DNA from: Podarcis bocagei
Lineage: Eukaryota
Length of the DNA: 64,000 bases
Assembly (NCBI GenBank): GCA_964188305.1
Contig: OZ076902.1
Direction: 5' to 3' (one strand)
In this document: one piece after another, positions 1 to 13,863 of the stretch
Position numbering within the stretch: position 1 is the stretch's first letter
Layout: each line of letters starts with the position of its first letter
Notes under the pieces: generated by a model
Told to the model about the DNA's origin: nothing
Databases searched by the model: none
The model's input: only the letters and a program-made list of their open reading frames with translations
Translations under genes and position numbers: made by a program

Positions 1-1259
1 CTTGTCTTCATCCCCACCCCATCCTTACTCTAATTAAACTGAAATAACCAAAGGGGGTTGGGGAAAGCTTATGTTGTGGCCTAAAGTACCGTTGTGCTGC
101 CAGTGTGGCTGGGCTACAGCTGTCGGCTGGTACAGAGAGGCTGAGCCGCAGCTGGAAAGATAGCAGCAGGTGGCATTTTAAGCAGTTGACACCATGTGAG
201 ACAGATGAGGAGAGTGAGGTTAGGTTGAGACAGTGTTAGAATTGGATTGCGGTCGGGGAGGAAGCGATGTAGATTGGGAGGGGTCAGAATGCGATAATGA
301 AAGCTGCTGATGTTGTCCATCCTCACCGTGAAATCCTCCCTAGGCACCGTAGCCTTACGAAAAACTTCCTTTGTTAATCAAATGCTCTCTGGTCTTCCCT
401 GCCTAGCGCTGCAGCTGTTACCAGGCTCATGCGGTTGGGGTTGCCTGGATCCTCTTGGATCGTTTCCAAAAATGGGAGCACCAGTTCAAGGGCAGACTAT
501 CGAGACTCAGCATCTCCCCCCCCCCCCAAGCCACGTTGTGTAGCTGGATTAGCATCGGTTAGTGCAGCTGCTTAGGCCCCTCTATTTCCTCAACAGATGG
601 TGAGCTTGCGAGGAATCCCAGATAATTTCACCCTCCTCAAAGGAGCACAGTGTGAGGATGGCCATACACAACCCTAAAAAATCAGAAAGCTTTTAACCAG
701 CTTAGGCTGGCTTACCAGCTGCACCCTTTCTTGAAGAAGATAGACCTCACTGCTATCATTCAAGCATTTGTAATTCCTGATTAGAAAAGAGTCGGGGAAA
801 CTTCAACTGGTCCAACTCTGATACTGCTGGAATTTGGAGTGCAGCTGGTTGGCTGGAGCACAACGTTGTTCCATCACCATTGGCTAGTTAGTTACTTGCT
901 TCTGGGCCCAGTTCAAGGTACTGGTTGTTATTTCTAAAGCCCTAGATCCTTTTGCTACCTGCGTTTAAGCAGTCAGGGTGTTATCGGTCATGGCTCCATT
1001 GTTGTGGAAAGTCCTCCCCAGAGAAACCCACCTGGCCCCATCACTTATAGTCATGTGGTTAAAGGCCTGTCTTTTTCAGAAGGCTTTTAATTATTGATTC
1101 TGCTGCTGCTGCTGCTGCTAAAGTTGGAGGGTGTGTTTGTACTACAAGTTATCTTATTTCATCTGCTCAAACCTATGTGGCATATATGTATTTAAAATAA
1201 GTGGAAAAATGAAAATCCGAACCTACTTATGCTTCCTGATGTTTCTTCTCCTTCTCCAG

Positions 1260-1962
1260 TGGCCCCGCTTCCTTCACGAAGTACAAGGCTCGGGACTGCA
1301 GTGGAAGATCCTGTGGATAATCTACTGCAGCGCATGGCTCAACATGAAAGCCAGGGTGCCCTGGACAAGACCCTTGAGGCCGTCATGACGCACACACCTG
1401 TTCTGCCCTCAGGTAGCCCCAGCCGAAGTCCCAGCAGGGAGAAGAGCAGCGGGCTCTTGATTCCGGGCAACGCGGGTGGCGATGGCATCTCGCTCCTTTC
1501 AGACCGGTTGTTGAGCGGCTACTCTCCCCATCACCTCAAGAGGAGCATGGTGGAAGCCATGCAGTGCCAGGCGAGGAAAATGTGCAATTACGACAAGCTT
1601 TTGGCCACTAAGAAAAACCTGGACCACGTCAACAAAATCCTCAAAGCCAAGAAGCTGCAGAGGCAGGCGCGGACTGGCAATAACTTTGTGAAGCGCCGGC
1701 CCGGCCGGCCCAGGAAGTACCCCTTGCCCTCAGTGGTTTCAGTCCACGCCCTCCAAGTGAGCCGCTTTGTCAGCCAAGAACTGGACGGCGGGGGCCAAGG
1801 CTGCTTGCTCCACCGCAGTCCTGACACGGTTACTGATGCCATAGAATCGGTGGTTCAGGGGGTTAACGTGAAAGGCTGGAAGAGGAAGAGGTGGCTGGAG
1901 GAGGAGCAGGCCAGGAAAAGGCAGAAGCCTCTACCAGATGACGAGCAGGAGAGCAATAAAAG
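1260..1962 (+). CDS. ASH1L: ASH1L exon with AT-hook (KRRPGRPRK)
   Basis: ttctccag|TG acceptor, AG|gtaatc donor; [50 protein letters not shown]. Confidence 0.93.
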
Positions 1963-2860
1963 GTAATCCCTCTGCATGTGAACACTACTGGTTGGGCTTC
2001 GGCTGCACCAGGTGTGGGGAACCTTTGACCCTCCCAGAGTTTGCAGAACTACAACTCTCATTAGCCCTAGGAAGTGTTGCCTGATGGCCACGGGTGATAG
2101 GAGTTGCAGTTCAGCAGCAACTGACGAGGCCAAGGGCTTCCCGTATCTGAGCTGCATGGAGAATCTGAGCTGCACAGAATTGTTGTAGGTGTGCATAAAA
2201 GTTTCTAGTCCTCATGATCCATACAGTATAAAATAAAAACAAAGACAGCATCGTGACCACTGAGGAAGGGAATTATGCAGCAGCTGACCTTTGAACACAA
2301 AGCTGCATCAGACCATTGGTTTTTGGGCCCATTCTTGCCTACTCTGGCTGGCAGCAGCTCTCCCAAGATGTCAGGCAAAGGTCTTTCCCACAACTGCTGT
2401 CAGATATTGAACCTGGTATCATGGGCAAGTAAGGCCTTGGCTATGACTGCCTTTCTGACCAGGTGTCCTCCAGATGTTTCTGGACTATAATTCCCTTGCT
2501 GGCTGCGACTTATGAGAGTTGTAGTCCAAAACATCTGGAAGGCACCAGGTTGGGGAAGCCAGAGCTGTTGGAGCTACTCTGGGCACAGTTTTTGCAGAAG
2601 CGGCATACAGATGATGATGACTGGCCCATCTAGTACAGTTTCCCCTGTTCTGACTGGCAGCCACCTCTCCAAGGTCTCTGCTAGGCAACCAAAGTAGCTT
2701 GAACTGGAGATGCCAAAGACGGAACCTGAGACCTTCTGCATGCAGAATGCATACTCTGCCGCTGAACGATCATACTCCCTGCATAATTTTTCTCCTGCCA
2801 TACTTGCTGCTGGTCTGCTCACCTTTCCTGGTTTCTCTCTCCCCCCCCCCACCTTTCCAG

Positions 2861-3040
2861 CTTTTCTGAGACAACAACTGAGTCCCCTCCTCCTGATGAG
2901 GCGATAGTGAAGCCGCGTGAGCTGGAGAATGTTGAGCAGCCTCTGACGTCCCTTGTGCAGCGTGAGAAGAAAGCTCCGCGCCCCCCAAAGAAGAAATATC
3001 AGAAGGCAGGGCTCTACTCTGATGTGTACAAAACCACCGA
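2861..3040 (+). CDS. ASH1L: ASH1L exon (..[27 protein letters not shown])
   Basis: ttccag|C acceptor, GA|gtaagt donor; not in the ORF track, translated by hand. Confidence 0.95.
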
Positions 3041-6000
3041 GTAAGTTGGACCTACTGAAATGTCATAGCCTGCTAGGTCAGTCCACAACCTCCCCCTGAA
3101 TGAGGACACTTGGAACCATAAAAATTGAAAATGCAGGCCTGCAATGACACCTTCGCAGACCTTCCCAGGTAACCCTGGTCTGAGAGAGACCTCTAGAAGT
3201 CTTGGCCGTGTCGCTCAGTTGCCATCCTTGAAGAAGCTCAAAGTTATAAAGCACATTAAAAAAAATAATTATTTTTTTTAAATTACATCTACATTTTAAA
3301 ACTTTGTTATTGCTAAAAAAGAAAAGAATCTCCCCAGCTACCCTTCCCTGCCCTTTCAGGTCAAAGATTAGATGGAAAGAAAGAAAGGGAAGATAGTACT
3401 GGAAATAAAAGCAAATTGGTACCGGGGGTGGGGAGCATTTAGCTCCAGGGTTGGAAACATTTGTGAGCACATCTGGAATGTTGAGAGTGCCTTGGATCCA
3501 TATTTTTCTACCATGTTATTGATGGAAAACACTGGCACTTTGGGGGCCATTTTGCCCAGGATGCCTCACTCTGAGCAAAGACCCCTGTGGCCCTTTCTCA
3601 AAGTGTCACAGGAGGAGGAAAGCCATGCAGAGGCATTGCCAAGGCAAGGCTTCTGTGGATATCTGGTAGTGGTGGGGGAGGCATGTTTGAGTGCCAATTT
3701 GCTGTGACTTCCACCTGAGACAGTTGTCTCAATTTGCCTTATGGTTGGGCAGGACCTGCTTTCACTGACCTAGAAGACTCACTGCATTCAGAAACTCAGA
3801 TATATAAACTAGGTGGCAAATGGCTCCTTAAACCAAAGTTACAGTCGCCAAAACAGAATATCTAGTTGCAATTTTGGGTCAAGACCCTGCTTAAAGTCAT
3901 ATTTTTCAAATGATGGACTGGCTGGGATTGATTCTCAGCTAAACATCTGGCTAGTTCAGTTGACAACCTTGAGCTAGGTTAAGAGCTTTGAGAACTTAAA
4001 GAAGAAAAGTCACTTGATCCAGGGACAGTCCACATATTTACTGGCCTATTATATGACCTCTTTTTCTTAATGGTGACTGTTCCTGCTCGGTCTGCACAGA
4101 AAAAACATTTAGGTTCCAGAAATTCATTTTGATTGTGCAGATAATATATAACAGATAGAATTCTACAGGGTGGGGTGAAATTCTACAGGGTAGTGTGTGA
4201 AAACAGTCCACATCCAATGATTCCCAGGCATGCACCTCCAGATAGTGGAGATCTCAAGTGAAGATCTCATCCTGGTGCCTAGGCATCTTCACTTGATCAC
4301 AAGTGGTCGAAAACCAGGTGCAAAATGCAGCTAGTGCCTGGTTAGTTTCAAGCACTGCCCATGAGTGTCCCACTTTAGCAAGCGTAATGCTGCACTCTGA
4401 TCCATTGAGAAAATGAGAGTGGAGTGTGGTTGTAGCATGTGGAAGAAGAATTTCACAAGGCCACAGGGACAGTCCTGATCTTCTGACCGTGTAGCTTCAC
4501 GTGCTCATCCTGGCAAGAGGGCAGACTGATGTTGGGCTGGCTAGTCCAGAGAGACACTAAAGGGGAAGCCCCTCTTTATTGTTCTCTTGAGGCAGGTTTT
4601 GGGAATCAGCTGCTTCTAAACAACGACATAAAGGGGCACTCGGAAAGTGGAGTACTTTCCTCTCAGTCCTATTTAACCGGTTTCCCAAACAGCGCATAGC
4701 AGTGGAGCCCCGTTGAGTGACTGATTTGCCCACGGTCCCATTTTCAGGAGGAAGTGGGCTGAGGCCCAGTGGCAAATCCTGTTGCCGCCGGGTGTGTGCT
4801 TGTAACATACCTTGAGAACATAGGGAAACCATTAGAATATGATTCACATCAGGTTGGCACGTTTGGACCCCACCATCCCCGCAACATGAGTTGCTGTAGT
4901 TTTCGTACACCAGTTGGCACAAACCTTGGTTTTTTTGAGCCTGCATTAGCCCAAGGGAGACAGCCAGTGCAGGCATGCAGTTGCTCTGGGATGCAATCTG
5001 ATGCAACTTTTCATCTCCTCTCTGGAGCCCACACGCAAAATTCCTGAATGGTAGCCAAGTTAAAGAATACTTTGCTCACAAGATGTGTGACTCATCAGCA
5101 TTTCCTTTCCTTTCCTTTTTTGTTTAAAGGACGGATTGGAAGCATCTCCTCTTAAGACCAGGGAGCGGCTTACTCTCCTGAGAACCCTTTTGGCAGCTCT
5201 GCTCGCTCTCATAAATTGCTTTTCCCCAAGTGAGGAAGAATTTTGCCACTTGGCCTCTGATTGTTCTTTGGCGATGGCAGAGTTTTCAGGGAGAAAGGTG
5301 TTCCATGGGAAGTGAACTGAGTCTGGGATGAATTGTTTCTGCAAAAGTAAAAACACGGGGAGCTTTTAGCGGTGCATTAACCCGAAAACATATTCTCCTT
5401 TTGTGAAAGATATGCAAATTGGAAATTCCTCAGGGTTGCATTAAAAGGAAAAACAAACCAAAAACCATGCACTTTGAAATCACATCTCCTTAAAAAAGAT
5501 CCTAACATTGAAATGACACATTATAGACACAGACATTCATAGAAATAAAAATGCCAAATGTTTATCAGTCAGCCTTCTGTTTCCAAAGGCAACTATGTCA
5601 GCATTTCACAAACACTTGAGCAGAATTCTGATATTTGAAATGCAAACCACTGTATTTTTAAGTTATTGATGAGGATAAGTCTCATCAACATGATATTTAT
5701 GGCTCCTGATGAAGAGTGAGTGCCGGGGAAGCTCTCTTTTCTTCGGTAAAATGAGCAAATCTAAGGCATGCGCTTTCCACGTGTTCACTTAACACTGATA
5801 TGTTGGAGGTATCCCCAGCATTTATAGGTAGGGCTGGGAGAGAGCCCTGCCTGACACCCTGGACAGCCTTACTGATCAGTATAAGAGACAGTGCTGAGCT
5901 ATTTGGACCAGTGGGTCTGTATCCGGATAAGGCAGCTTCCCATGAGATAGAGCTCATCCACAAATAGCATCACAAACGCAGACCAGAAATGCTGTTCAGT

Positions 6001-6229
6001 GCAGATAATTGCGGGGTGGGGGGGTGGAAACAGGACTCTTCGCTCGAAAGTAAGGCTGTTGGTGTAGATAAAGAAATATTGCTTCATTGATTTTATTTGG
6101 TTATCAGATTTATTACCTGCCATTCACATTAAGATCACAGGGCGGGTTGCAATGGCACAAATAATGCAATTCGAAACCAAATAAAAACCTGATAAATTAA
6201 CAATTTGTAGGTAGATAACAGAAATACTT

Positions 6230-6830
6230 TTCAGCTGTCAAAGGCCAGGATAAAGAGAGATGTCTTCAGCATTCAATAAAGCAGAGTAACGATGACACTA
6301 GATGTAGCTCTACAAGGATGGAATTCTGTGGTTTTGGCACTGCCACAGAGAATGCTCTCTTGCCGGCTCCCAGCCTCTGAGTCTGGGAAGATGGCAGGGC
6401 AACTGTGAGGGCCCCCTTCTGCTGATGTTAATGGCTGGGAAGGTCTGCAGGAAAGGAGGTGGTCTCTCACATATTTGAGACCTTAAGTCAGTCTTGTCTG
6501 TGAACACCTTGAATTGGGCTTTGAAACGAACAGGCAACCAACAACTGCTGCTATAAAACAGGAGTTCTAGATGGCACCCCAGCCTGTAACTTGGCTGCTG
6601 CATTCTGGACCATGGGACAGTCCCACGTAGAGCACATTACAATAATCCAGAGGCTGGAGTACATTGGCCCAAGTCAACCTGTCCAAAGCAGGCTGCAGCT
6701 GGCAAGCTAGCTGGACTCACTTGCAGCCACCAAGACCACCTGGCCCTTGAATGTCAAAGTTGGGTTCCAGAAGTACCCCAGGTCTCTGCACCCGCTCCTT
6801 CCATGGGAGTGCAACCCTGTCCAGAGTGGG
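6230..6830 (-). mobile_element. Degenerate L2-like LINE 3' fragment
   Basis: Resembles the L2 RT C-terminal and 3' region; boundaries approximate. Confidence 0.45.
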
Positions 6831-6995
6831 ACTGCGAGTTTTACCAGTCAGCAGATTTGTGGAGAGCTAATAATTAAATGATTTTTCTGAAGGGGGAAAA
6901 TGTGCATATGTGGCACAGCAGCAGCTGGTCTCAGGAGTGGTCTATCTTCCCCCTAAGAGAGGATGGTGTCTTGCCACTGGAGAGTTTTGCAAGTA

Positions 6996-7233
6996 CAGTC
7001 GCACCTTGGAAGATGAATGGAATCCGTTCTGGAAGTCCATTCGACTTCCAAAACGTTTGGAAAGCAAAGCTCGGCTTCGGATTGGTTGCAGGAAGGTCCT
7101 GCAGCCAATTGGAAGCCCCGTCGGGACATTCGGATTCCAACGTTTGCAAACTGGAACACTTACTTCCGGGTCTGTGGCGTTCGGGAGCCAAAACGTCCAA
7201 GTACCAAGGCGTTCGGGATCTAAGGTACAAGTG
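6996..7233. mobile_element. Tc1/pogo(Tigger)-type MITE
   Basis: Degenerate CAGT..ACTG TIRs, TA flanks; related to the 15910 copy. Confidence 0.7.
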
Positions 7234-8763
7234 TACTTCTGTTAAAAACTGTGTGCGTTTTTGTGCCCTCTGAAAAGCGTTTAATAAGTGTCGTCTATTA
7301 AACCTTGAGGCCCTCCTTAAAAGCTGGGTTTTTTTCAGACTGTCGGAACGGAACTTCATAAACGGTTTTGCTTGCTGTGCGAGAGGGCGGAAAAAGCTGC
7401 CGTGGGTGGATGTGACCTCCATCCCAGTCGGACAGAGGTTGTGATGGTGCAAAATGGGGCCCTGACCCCTCTCAGGACGTCCAGAGCAATGTACCCCCCT
7501 TGGCCCTACCAGTGTTTGCTGCTTGTTTGGGGTTGTGCTGGAGAAGTTTTGGGCCTGCACACCTAATTATTACAATGGTACAGTACCCTCTTGTGGCAGT
7601 ACAGTTTACTGCTGCGCTGGCAGTATAGAGGCTTGTTGAAAGTAGGTCAGCAGAGGGCAGTTCTATCAGCCAGTATGTGCTGCACACACTGAAAATAAAT
7701 TAAGAGCTTTAGGACCACTCCTAATTTGCAGGTTTTAGTTACATGCGGCTGGCTAAATCTGCAGGCCTTTTATCGTGAACGTGCCAGGTTGAAGTTAGTG
7801 GATGTAGTGCCCTGTGGCTGTACAGTATTACCATTCAGAGAGTGTTTCTTTAATAGATTATGAACCTGACAATGGAATGTCGAGGTTAGGCTTGGTTTAT
7901 TTTAATGTCAGTTTGCTCCTCTTTCCTCTACGAAAATGACCTTTGCACATTTCTCTGTAATCATTAGCACTGGAAGCTTGTGATACTTTGAGGGTTTTGT
8001 TGTTGTTTTTTTTAAAAAAGAGAGAAATTCTCATCAGCTGCAGAGAGGTATCGCTGCTCTAAGTTCCAGTCCAGCTACCAAGCTCCCTTTAACCATGTCA
8101 ACTCATTTATGGCGATGGTCGTGTTTTGAGCTATCGCTTTGGGCTGTAGCAGAATGGCACTGTTCCACAAGCATATAAACCCCTTCACCAAAACTGAGCT
8201 TGGCTGGCTTTGGAGTGAGTCTTGAGATTGCTCAGCAGTAGTTATTACCTCACCCTCTTATCCCTGCCGGAAAGAATAGCTTACCTATAGCCAGTTGTGG
8301 CTGGTGCCCATTGGGACCGGTGGGAAGGAAGGCAAGTGCCCAGCAGGTAGTGGAACCAGTGCCAATGACAGGCAGAACCAGCTAACTGTAGCCTTGTCCC
8401 CATCCTCCTCCCTGCTTAGTTCTGTGGGGCAACTCTGAGGCTAAGGAGGAGGAAGCTGACAAGCATTGCCACCCACTGATTGTAAGGAAGAAGGCACGGC
8501 CAGGTGGTGGGGATAGCTGAGGTCAGACCGAAGTTGGTGTGGCAGTGCCCCCATTCACCTTAATGGACCAGCCTCTGCTGCCTAAAGCCGCAAACGGAAT
8601 TCAAAACAGAGGGAAGATTCCAAGCGGAGATTTGCGGCTCACAGGTCACACTCTCCCCTGTTGTGCTACGTTGCTTCTGGAATGTGGTGAAGGGTGCAGA
8701 CCCCGGTGACACGGCGCAGTCTTCTACGATCACTCACTTGCTTCTTCTCTCTTCCATCCCCAG

Positions 8764-8858
8764 CCCCAAAAGCCGACTGATCCAGTTGAAGAAGGAAAAA
8801 TTGGAGTACACTCCTGGGGAGCACGAGTACGGATTGTTCCCGGCACCTATCCACGTGG
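8764..8858 (+). CDS. ASH1L: ASH1L exon ([32 protein letters not shown])
   Basis: cccag|C acceptor, G|gtgagt donor. Confidence 0.96.
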
Positions 8859-9954
8859 GTGAGTGGGTTCTCTGTGCATGCTTTGAATGAGCCCTGCATG
8901 CGTCCTCTCAGCCAGAGGAAGTGAATGGCCCCCAGGTTATCATTTGGGTACTTGCGGGGCAGGGAGTGGGTGCTTGAATCGACTCCCAAAGGAGGAAATT
9001 CCTAGTATGGGTTCAAGATCCTTGTTTCTGGGCCAACGGAGAGCCACTCATTAGGGGAGGGAGGTCGTGAAACCCTCCTCTAAAATGCTGTAGGTCATGT
9101 GCAGCCGAGAGGGATTTTAGAGACTGCATTGTAAAATAGCTCATTTACTTTCCTGGCTTGTCACTTTAAAGTCCTAGGGGTGCACCGCTTTGCTTTTTTG
9201 GGAGCAATGCAAGCCCATACTAGTCCAATATTTGTGTGCTTGGATTTGTGCTGGAAATAAGATTGACAGTTGTACCATGTGCTGTGGAGTTCAGCTTTCC
9301 CACCCCACTCCTGGTCTGCCGCAAGACAGTGGCTGAAGTTACCTTGCACTTTTCAAAGCTTGCTTTGCAGGTGTGACAGCTGAAACTTGGGGACATTTTG
9401 CACTGTAGTGGTGATCTTTTTGTTTTCCAATGCATGTCTTATCAATAAAAAAATTCACTGTGGTGCGAACAAATTTCTATTCTTAAAGTGTGGCCCACAG
9501 AAAAAAGTTTGAGAACCACTTCTATAACGGGGTAGCTGTGCTAGTCTGTAAAAGTGAAAAGGCAGAAAGTTCAAGCATCTCGCTTGTTTGTGGAGAGACT
9601 CGAGGAGAAAGGTTTATTTAGTCCCTTTAACTTGAGCAGCCTTGTTAGTGATCCAGCTTGAGCGTATTCCAACCCCAGGGACCGTTTTTTCCTTATTTAA
9701 GGGTTGAGACTTGTTTGTGCCTTGGGCTTGCGCTCCTTCCCCGCCCTGCCCCCCCCCAATCCCTCGCCAGGTCACGGCCCTCCAGTTTATTTGCGCCAGG
9801 AGACACAAACAAACATGTCCTATTAAGATAAGGCAGCTTTAATGACTCTGCCTGGCGTAAAGGCAGAGCAGTCTCGCCTCCCCAATCATGTTAGGAGGAT
9901 TATTTCTCTGCTGGGCTAACTCCTTGTCTGGGTGCCTCCTTTTATTGAGGTGGG

Positions 9955-9985
<31 letters not shown>

Positions 9986-10522
9986 CACTCCCTACTCTCT
10001 GGGCTGGCTGCCAGGCCCTTGAAAGAGCCTTTTGTTTTAGCCAGTGAGGTCATAGAAGTGAAAACAGATTCCCAGTGGACTTTGCTGCTTCCTGGAACTC
10101 GCCAAGCACAACTTGAGGCTTTGAAAAATAAGAACAAATTTTAAGAGCAAGTTGTAAAGACAACATGACAGCTGCTCTTCTCTCCCCACCAACACCCCCC
10201 CCCCGCACAAAAAAATAGTTTTTCAGAAGCGAGAAGAGGTGCCTGCAGCATCAGAGGAAAGCCAAGGCCAGGAGCACCCTGCTGGCCCCTCTGGGCTTTG
10301 CTTGCCTCCCTTTGCTCTTGCATCCTAACAGAGGGTGAAAGATGGCTCTCTCTTCTTCTTAAGCTTAGCAGTTTGTTTTTGTTTGAGCTCATTTGCCTTG
10401 CTTATCTTGGCATGGTTCAAACACCGTGAAACTCCTTGCCACCTAATGCCTGCTCAGACAAGCTTACATGTGTCTGTTGTCTTGAAAACATTCAGGTTAC
10501 AGCACTGGTGAACCTTCAGAGG

Positions 10523-10672
10523 AGGAAGCTGGGTAGCTCAGTTGGTTGGAGCGTGGAGCTGATGAATGCCAAGGTTGCAGGTTTGATCCCCGTAAGGAAC
10601 AGCTGCATATTCCTGCAGTGCAGGTGGTTGGACCAGATGATCCTCAGGGTCCCTTCCAACTCTATGATTCTA
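10523..10672 (+). mobile_element. tRNA-head / CR1-tail SINE (Squam2-like)
   Basis: A box gtagctcagttgg, B-box-like ggtttgatccc, tail ggtcccttccaactctatgattct; related copies near 43560(-), 51365(+), 57850(-). Confidence 0.75.
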
Positions 10673-10905
10673 AGTTAGGAGCTGTAATCTCTGTTATCTT
10701 TGAAGGTGGGTTGTCTGGGACTTTGAGGTCTGAGATGAGAATGTCCTGGTTGGGGACTAAGGCTGCGTGCACAGCATACATTTAAAGCACATTCCCCTCC
10801 ACCTCAAAGAATCCTGGGAACTTAGTTTGTTCAGGGTGCTGTGGATGGTAAACTACGGTTCCCAGGATTATTTTGCTGGGAGGGAGGGAGAATGTGCTTT
10901 AAATC

Positions 10906-11372
10906 ACAGAATTGTTGAGCTGGAAGGTACCCCAAGTGTTCTCTCGTCACAACCACCTGCAATGCAGTCATCACAGCTCAATAATCCTTGACAGATGATC
11001 ATCCAAGCTCTGTTCAAAAACCTCCAGTGGAGGAGACTCCACCACCTTCAGAGGTAGTCAGTTCCACTGTTCAGCAGCTCTTACCGTCAGAATCTCCTTT
11101 CAGGACATTTGAATCCATTGGTTTGGGTCTTACCTTCTGGAGCAGCAGAATACAAGCTTGCTCCATCTTCTGTGTGACAGCTTTTCAGATATTTGAAAAT
11201 GACTATCATGTCACCTCTCAGCCTTCTCTTCTCCAGCCTAAACGTACCCAACTCCCTCAACCATTCCTTAGAAAGCTTGTTTTCCATATCTCTTATCATC
11301 TTGGTCGCCCTCCTCTGCACACCCTCCAGCTTGTCAATATCCTTGAGCTGTGGTGCCTGGAACTGGACACAG
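10906..11372 (-). mobile_element. CR1 LINE 3' fragment
   Basis: QRRATKMIR..LRELG..LEKRRLRGDMIVIFKYLK, typical CR1 ORF2 C-terminus, plus CR1-type tail. Confidence 0.85.
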
Positions 11373-11392
11373 CAGTGTTGAGCACAGCCTAC

Positions 11393-11641
11393 CAGGGGTC
11401 AGCAAACTATTTCAGCAGGGGGCCGGTCCACTGTCCCTCAGACCTTGTGGGGGGCCGGACTGTATTTTGAAAAAAAATATGAATGAATTCCTATGCCCCA
11501 CAAATAGCCCAGAGATGCATTTTAAATAAAAGAACACATTATACTCATGTAAAAACATGCTGATTTCTGGACCGTCCGCAGGCTGGATTTAGAAGGATTG
11601 GGCTGGATCTGGCCCCCCGGGCCTTAGTTTGCCTACCCATG
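11393..11641. mobile_element. hAT-type MITE
   Basis: caggggtcagcaaact / agtttgcctacccatg ends. Confidence 0.7.
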
Positions 11642-12621
11642 GCCTAAGCCTTCCCAGTTCAGGATAGTGTCTCTGCAACTTTCAGGACTCTCTTCAGCGA
11701 CAGTGGGGAAAGGATAGTGGCACCCGGGCGGCATGAAGTCTCTGTATCTGCCAGGCTTGTTATAAATAACTATGGGTCGGTCCTCCTGTCTTGTCTGATC
11801 AATACAGTGCATCATATATTATTTTCCCTGGCTTTGCGAGCTTTCAGTTCAAGTGCCACTTTCTGGCAAGCAGCCTCTGGAAACGTGGGCTGGAGCAGTG
11901 GAGCACGCTCTCCAGGTCTTAGATTGCGAGATGGCTGCTCATAGCCCAGTCATTGCTGAACAAAGTGCATTTGCTCAGCCTGCAGGAATGTGGATGTTGG
12001 TTCTCAGTCCAGGGCTCAGCTGCTCACAAAACGGCACCTTGGTCTGTCAGAAGCCAGCATGGGCCATAGAAGAAGACCAGCCCTATGAAAAACTAACTCT
12101 CAGTGCTGTTGTGGTGTTGTTCTGTCTAGTTTAGAAGCAGGTGTGGATATCCTCTTGCCCTCCAGATGTTGCTGAGCTACAACTCCCATCAGCTTTAGTA
12201 TGCATGGTCAAGAATGTTGGGAGTTGTAGTTCAGCAACATCAGGACGGCCAAAGGTCCCCACATATACTTCAGGGGGAAGATGGCTGCAGAAAGGACATG
12301 ATAGAGTAGGGCCGAGGAACTTTGTGGTCCTCTAGACATTGATGGACTCCAATTCCCATCCGTGCCAGCTAGCAGGTCCAGTGGCCCAGGGATGATGGGA
12401 GTTGCTGGCTCATCAGCATCTTGGAGGGCTGCAGGTTCCCCAGCCCTACAATTAGAGCTTTACAAAACCGCACAAGGCAAAGGGAGAACTTTGTTTTCCC
12501 TTCTCTCACATATAGTGCCTGTTCTTTAGGGTTCCCCAGCGAAACCTGCAGGGGGAAAGTGCTTATTGACATTGATGTATAGACTTGGCTGCTGCCAGAG
12601 ATAGCGATGGCTCCCCACTCA

Positions 12622-13086
12622 CCGTATTTTCGCCCTATAGGATGCACTTTTTCCCCTCCAAAAATGAAGGGGAGATGTGTGTGCGTCCTATGGGGCGAAT
12701 GCAGGCTTTCGCTGAAGCCTGGAGAGCGAGAGGGGTCGGTGCGCTCTCACTCTCCACGCTTCAGGAAGCTATCCGCAAGCCGTGGGAGAGCTGCGCGACT
12801 TCCCGCCAGGCTCCCAAGGCTTGCGGACAGCAGCCTGCAGCCCAAAACCCGGGGAGCGCGCCCTGGACTTTGGGCAGCTCTCCGCAAGCCTTGGGAGCCA
12901 GGTGCAACTTCCCGCCGGGCTCCCAAGGCTTGCGGACAGCAGCCTGTTCTGGGGGCTGGGGTCGGGGGAAGCTCGGGCTGGGGGGAATTTAAACTTTTTT
13001 TCCTTTATTCTCCCCCCCCCAAAAAACAACAACAACAACTAGGTGCGCCCTATGGGCCAGTGCGTCCTATAGGGCGAAAAACACGG
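12622..13086. mobile_element. pogo/mariner-type MITE (CCGTATTTT TIR) with internal repeats
   Basis: ccgtattttcgccctataggatgcac / gtgcgtcctatagggcgaaaaacacgg. Confidence 0.82.
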
Positions 13087-13644
13087 TAAATTGAAAGGGT
13101 GGAATAGGAGAAACTGCAGAGATGGAGAAGCCCCCCCCGGGCTGCTAGCTGGGCTGTTCTTATGAGTACATGGGTCCTTGCAAAGGATTATAAAAATCCA
13201 CAGGGATAGGCTTATCGGTGGCCATTTGCTCCAGGGCTAAAAAAGCATCCACATTCAGAGACAGCTGAATAGCCATTGGCTAAGGGACAGGAGAGGACTG
13301 TTGCCTTGATGCCCTGCGCTTTCCCAGAGGCGTCTGGTAGGTCACTGTGTGAGGGAGGATGCTGAAGCAGGTAGTCCCGTGGTCTGATCCAGCCAGGGCC
13401 GTTCCGTTCTTCCACTTTTCCTCTTCATTTCAATTAAGAGCTGCACTAGGACGAACTTCACTGGTGCATTTTACACCTGGTTAATTAGCATGTGTGGCAG
13501 GGACCTTTGTATTTTCTGCCTCAGTCGTCAAGACGTCTTTGGTCTGCTTCTGCCAGTCAAGCTCTGTTCATGGTGTGTGTGTTTAGGAAAGAATAAATGC
13601 ATGACTTTTGTATTTCTTCTTCCCTCCCCCTCCCCCCACTGCAG

Positions 13645-13718
13645 GGAAATACCTACGCCAAAAGCGAATAGACTTCCAGTTGCCTTATGACATTCTTTGG
13701 CAGTGGAAACATAATCAG
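13645..13718 (+). CDS. ASH1L: ASH1L exon ([24 protein letters not shown])
   Basis: tgcag|GG acceptor, CAG|gtaggg donor. Confidence 0.96.
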
Positions 13719-13795
13719 GTAGGGGACTATCTTTTTTTAAAAAGTCACATCCTTCCAAGGCTGCATTCCAAGATGCTTGAGAAGAATCAAATGGT

Positions 13796-13797
<2 letters not shown>

Positions 13798-13852
<55 letters not shown>

Positions 13853-13863
13853 TGCTGCTGCTG
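13798..13863. repeat. (CTG)17 CTC (CTG)4 trinucleotide repeat
   Basis: Direct reading. Confidence 0.97.

Noticed and set aside
6878-7560. Cluster of overlapping ORFs
   Set aside because: Centred on a MITE; no splice or homology support
10523-10600. tRNA-like sequences (also near 43630, 51368, 34900)
   Set aside because: SINE heads fused to LINE-derived tails; no intact cloverleaf
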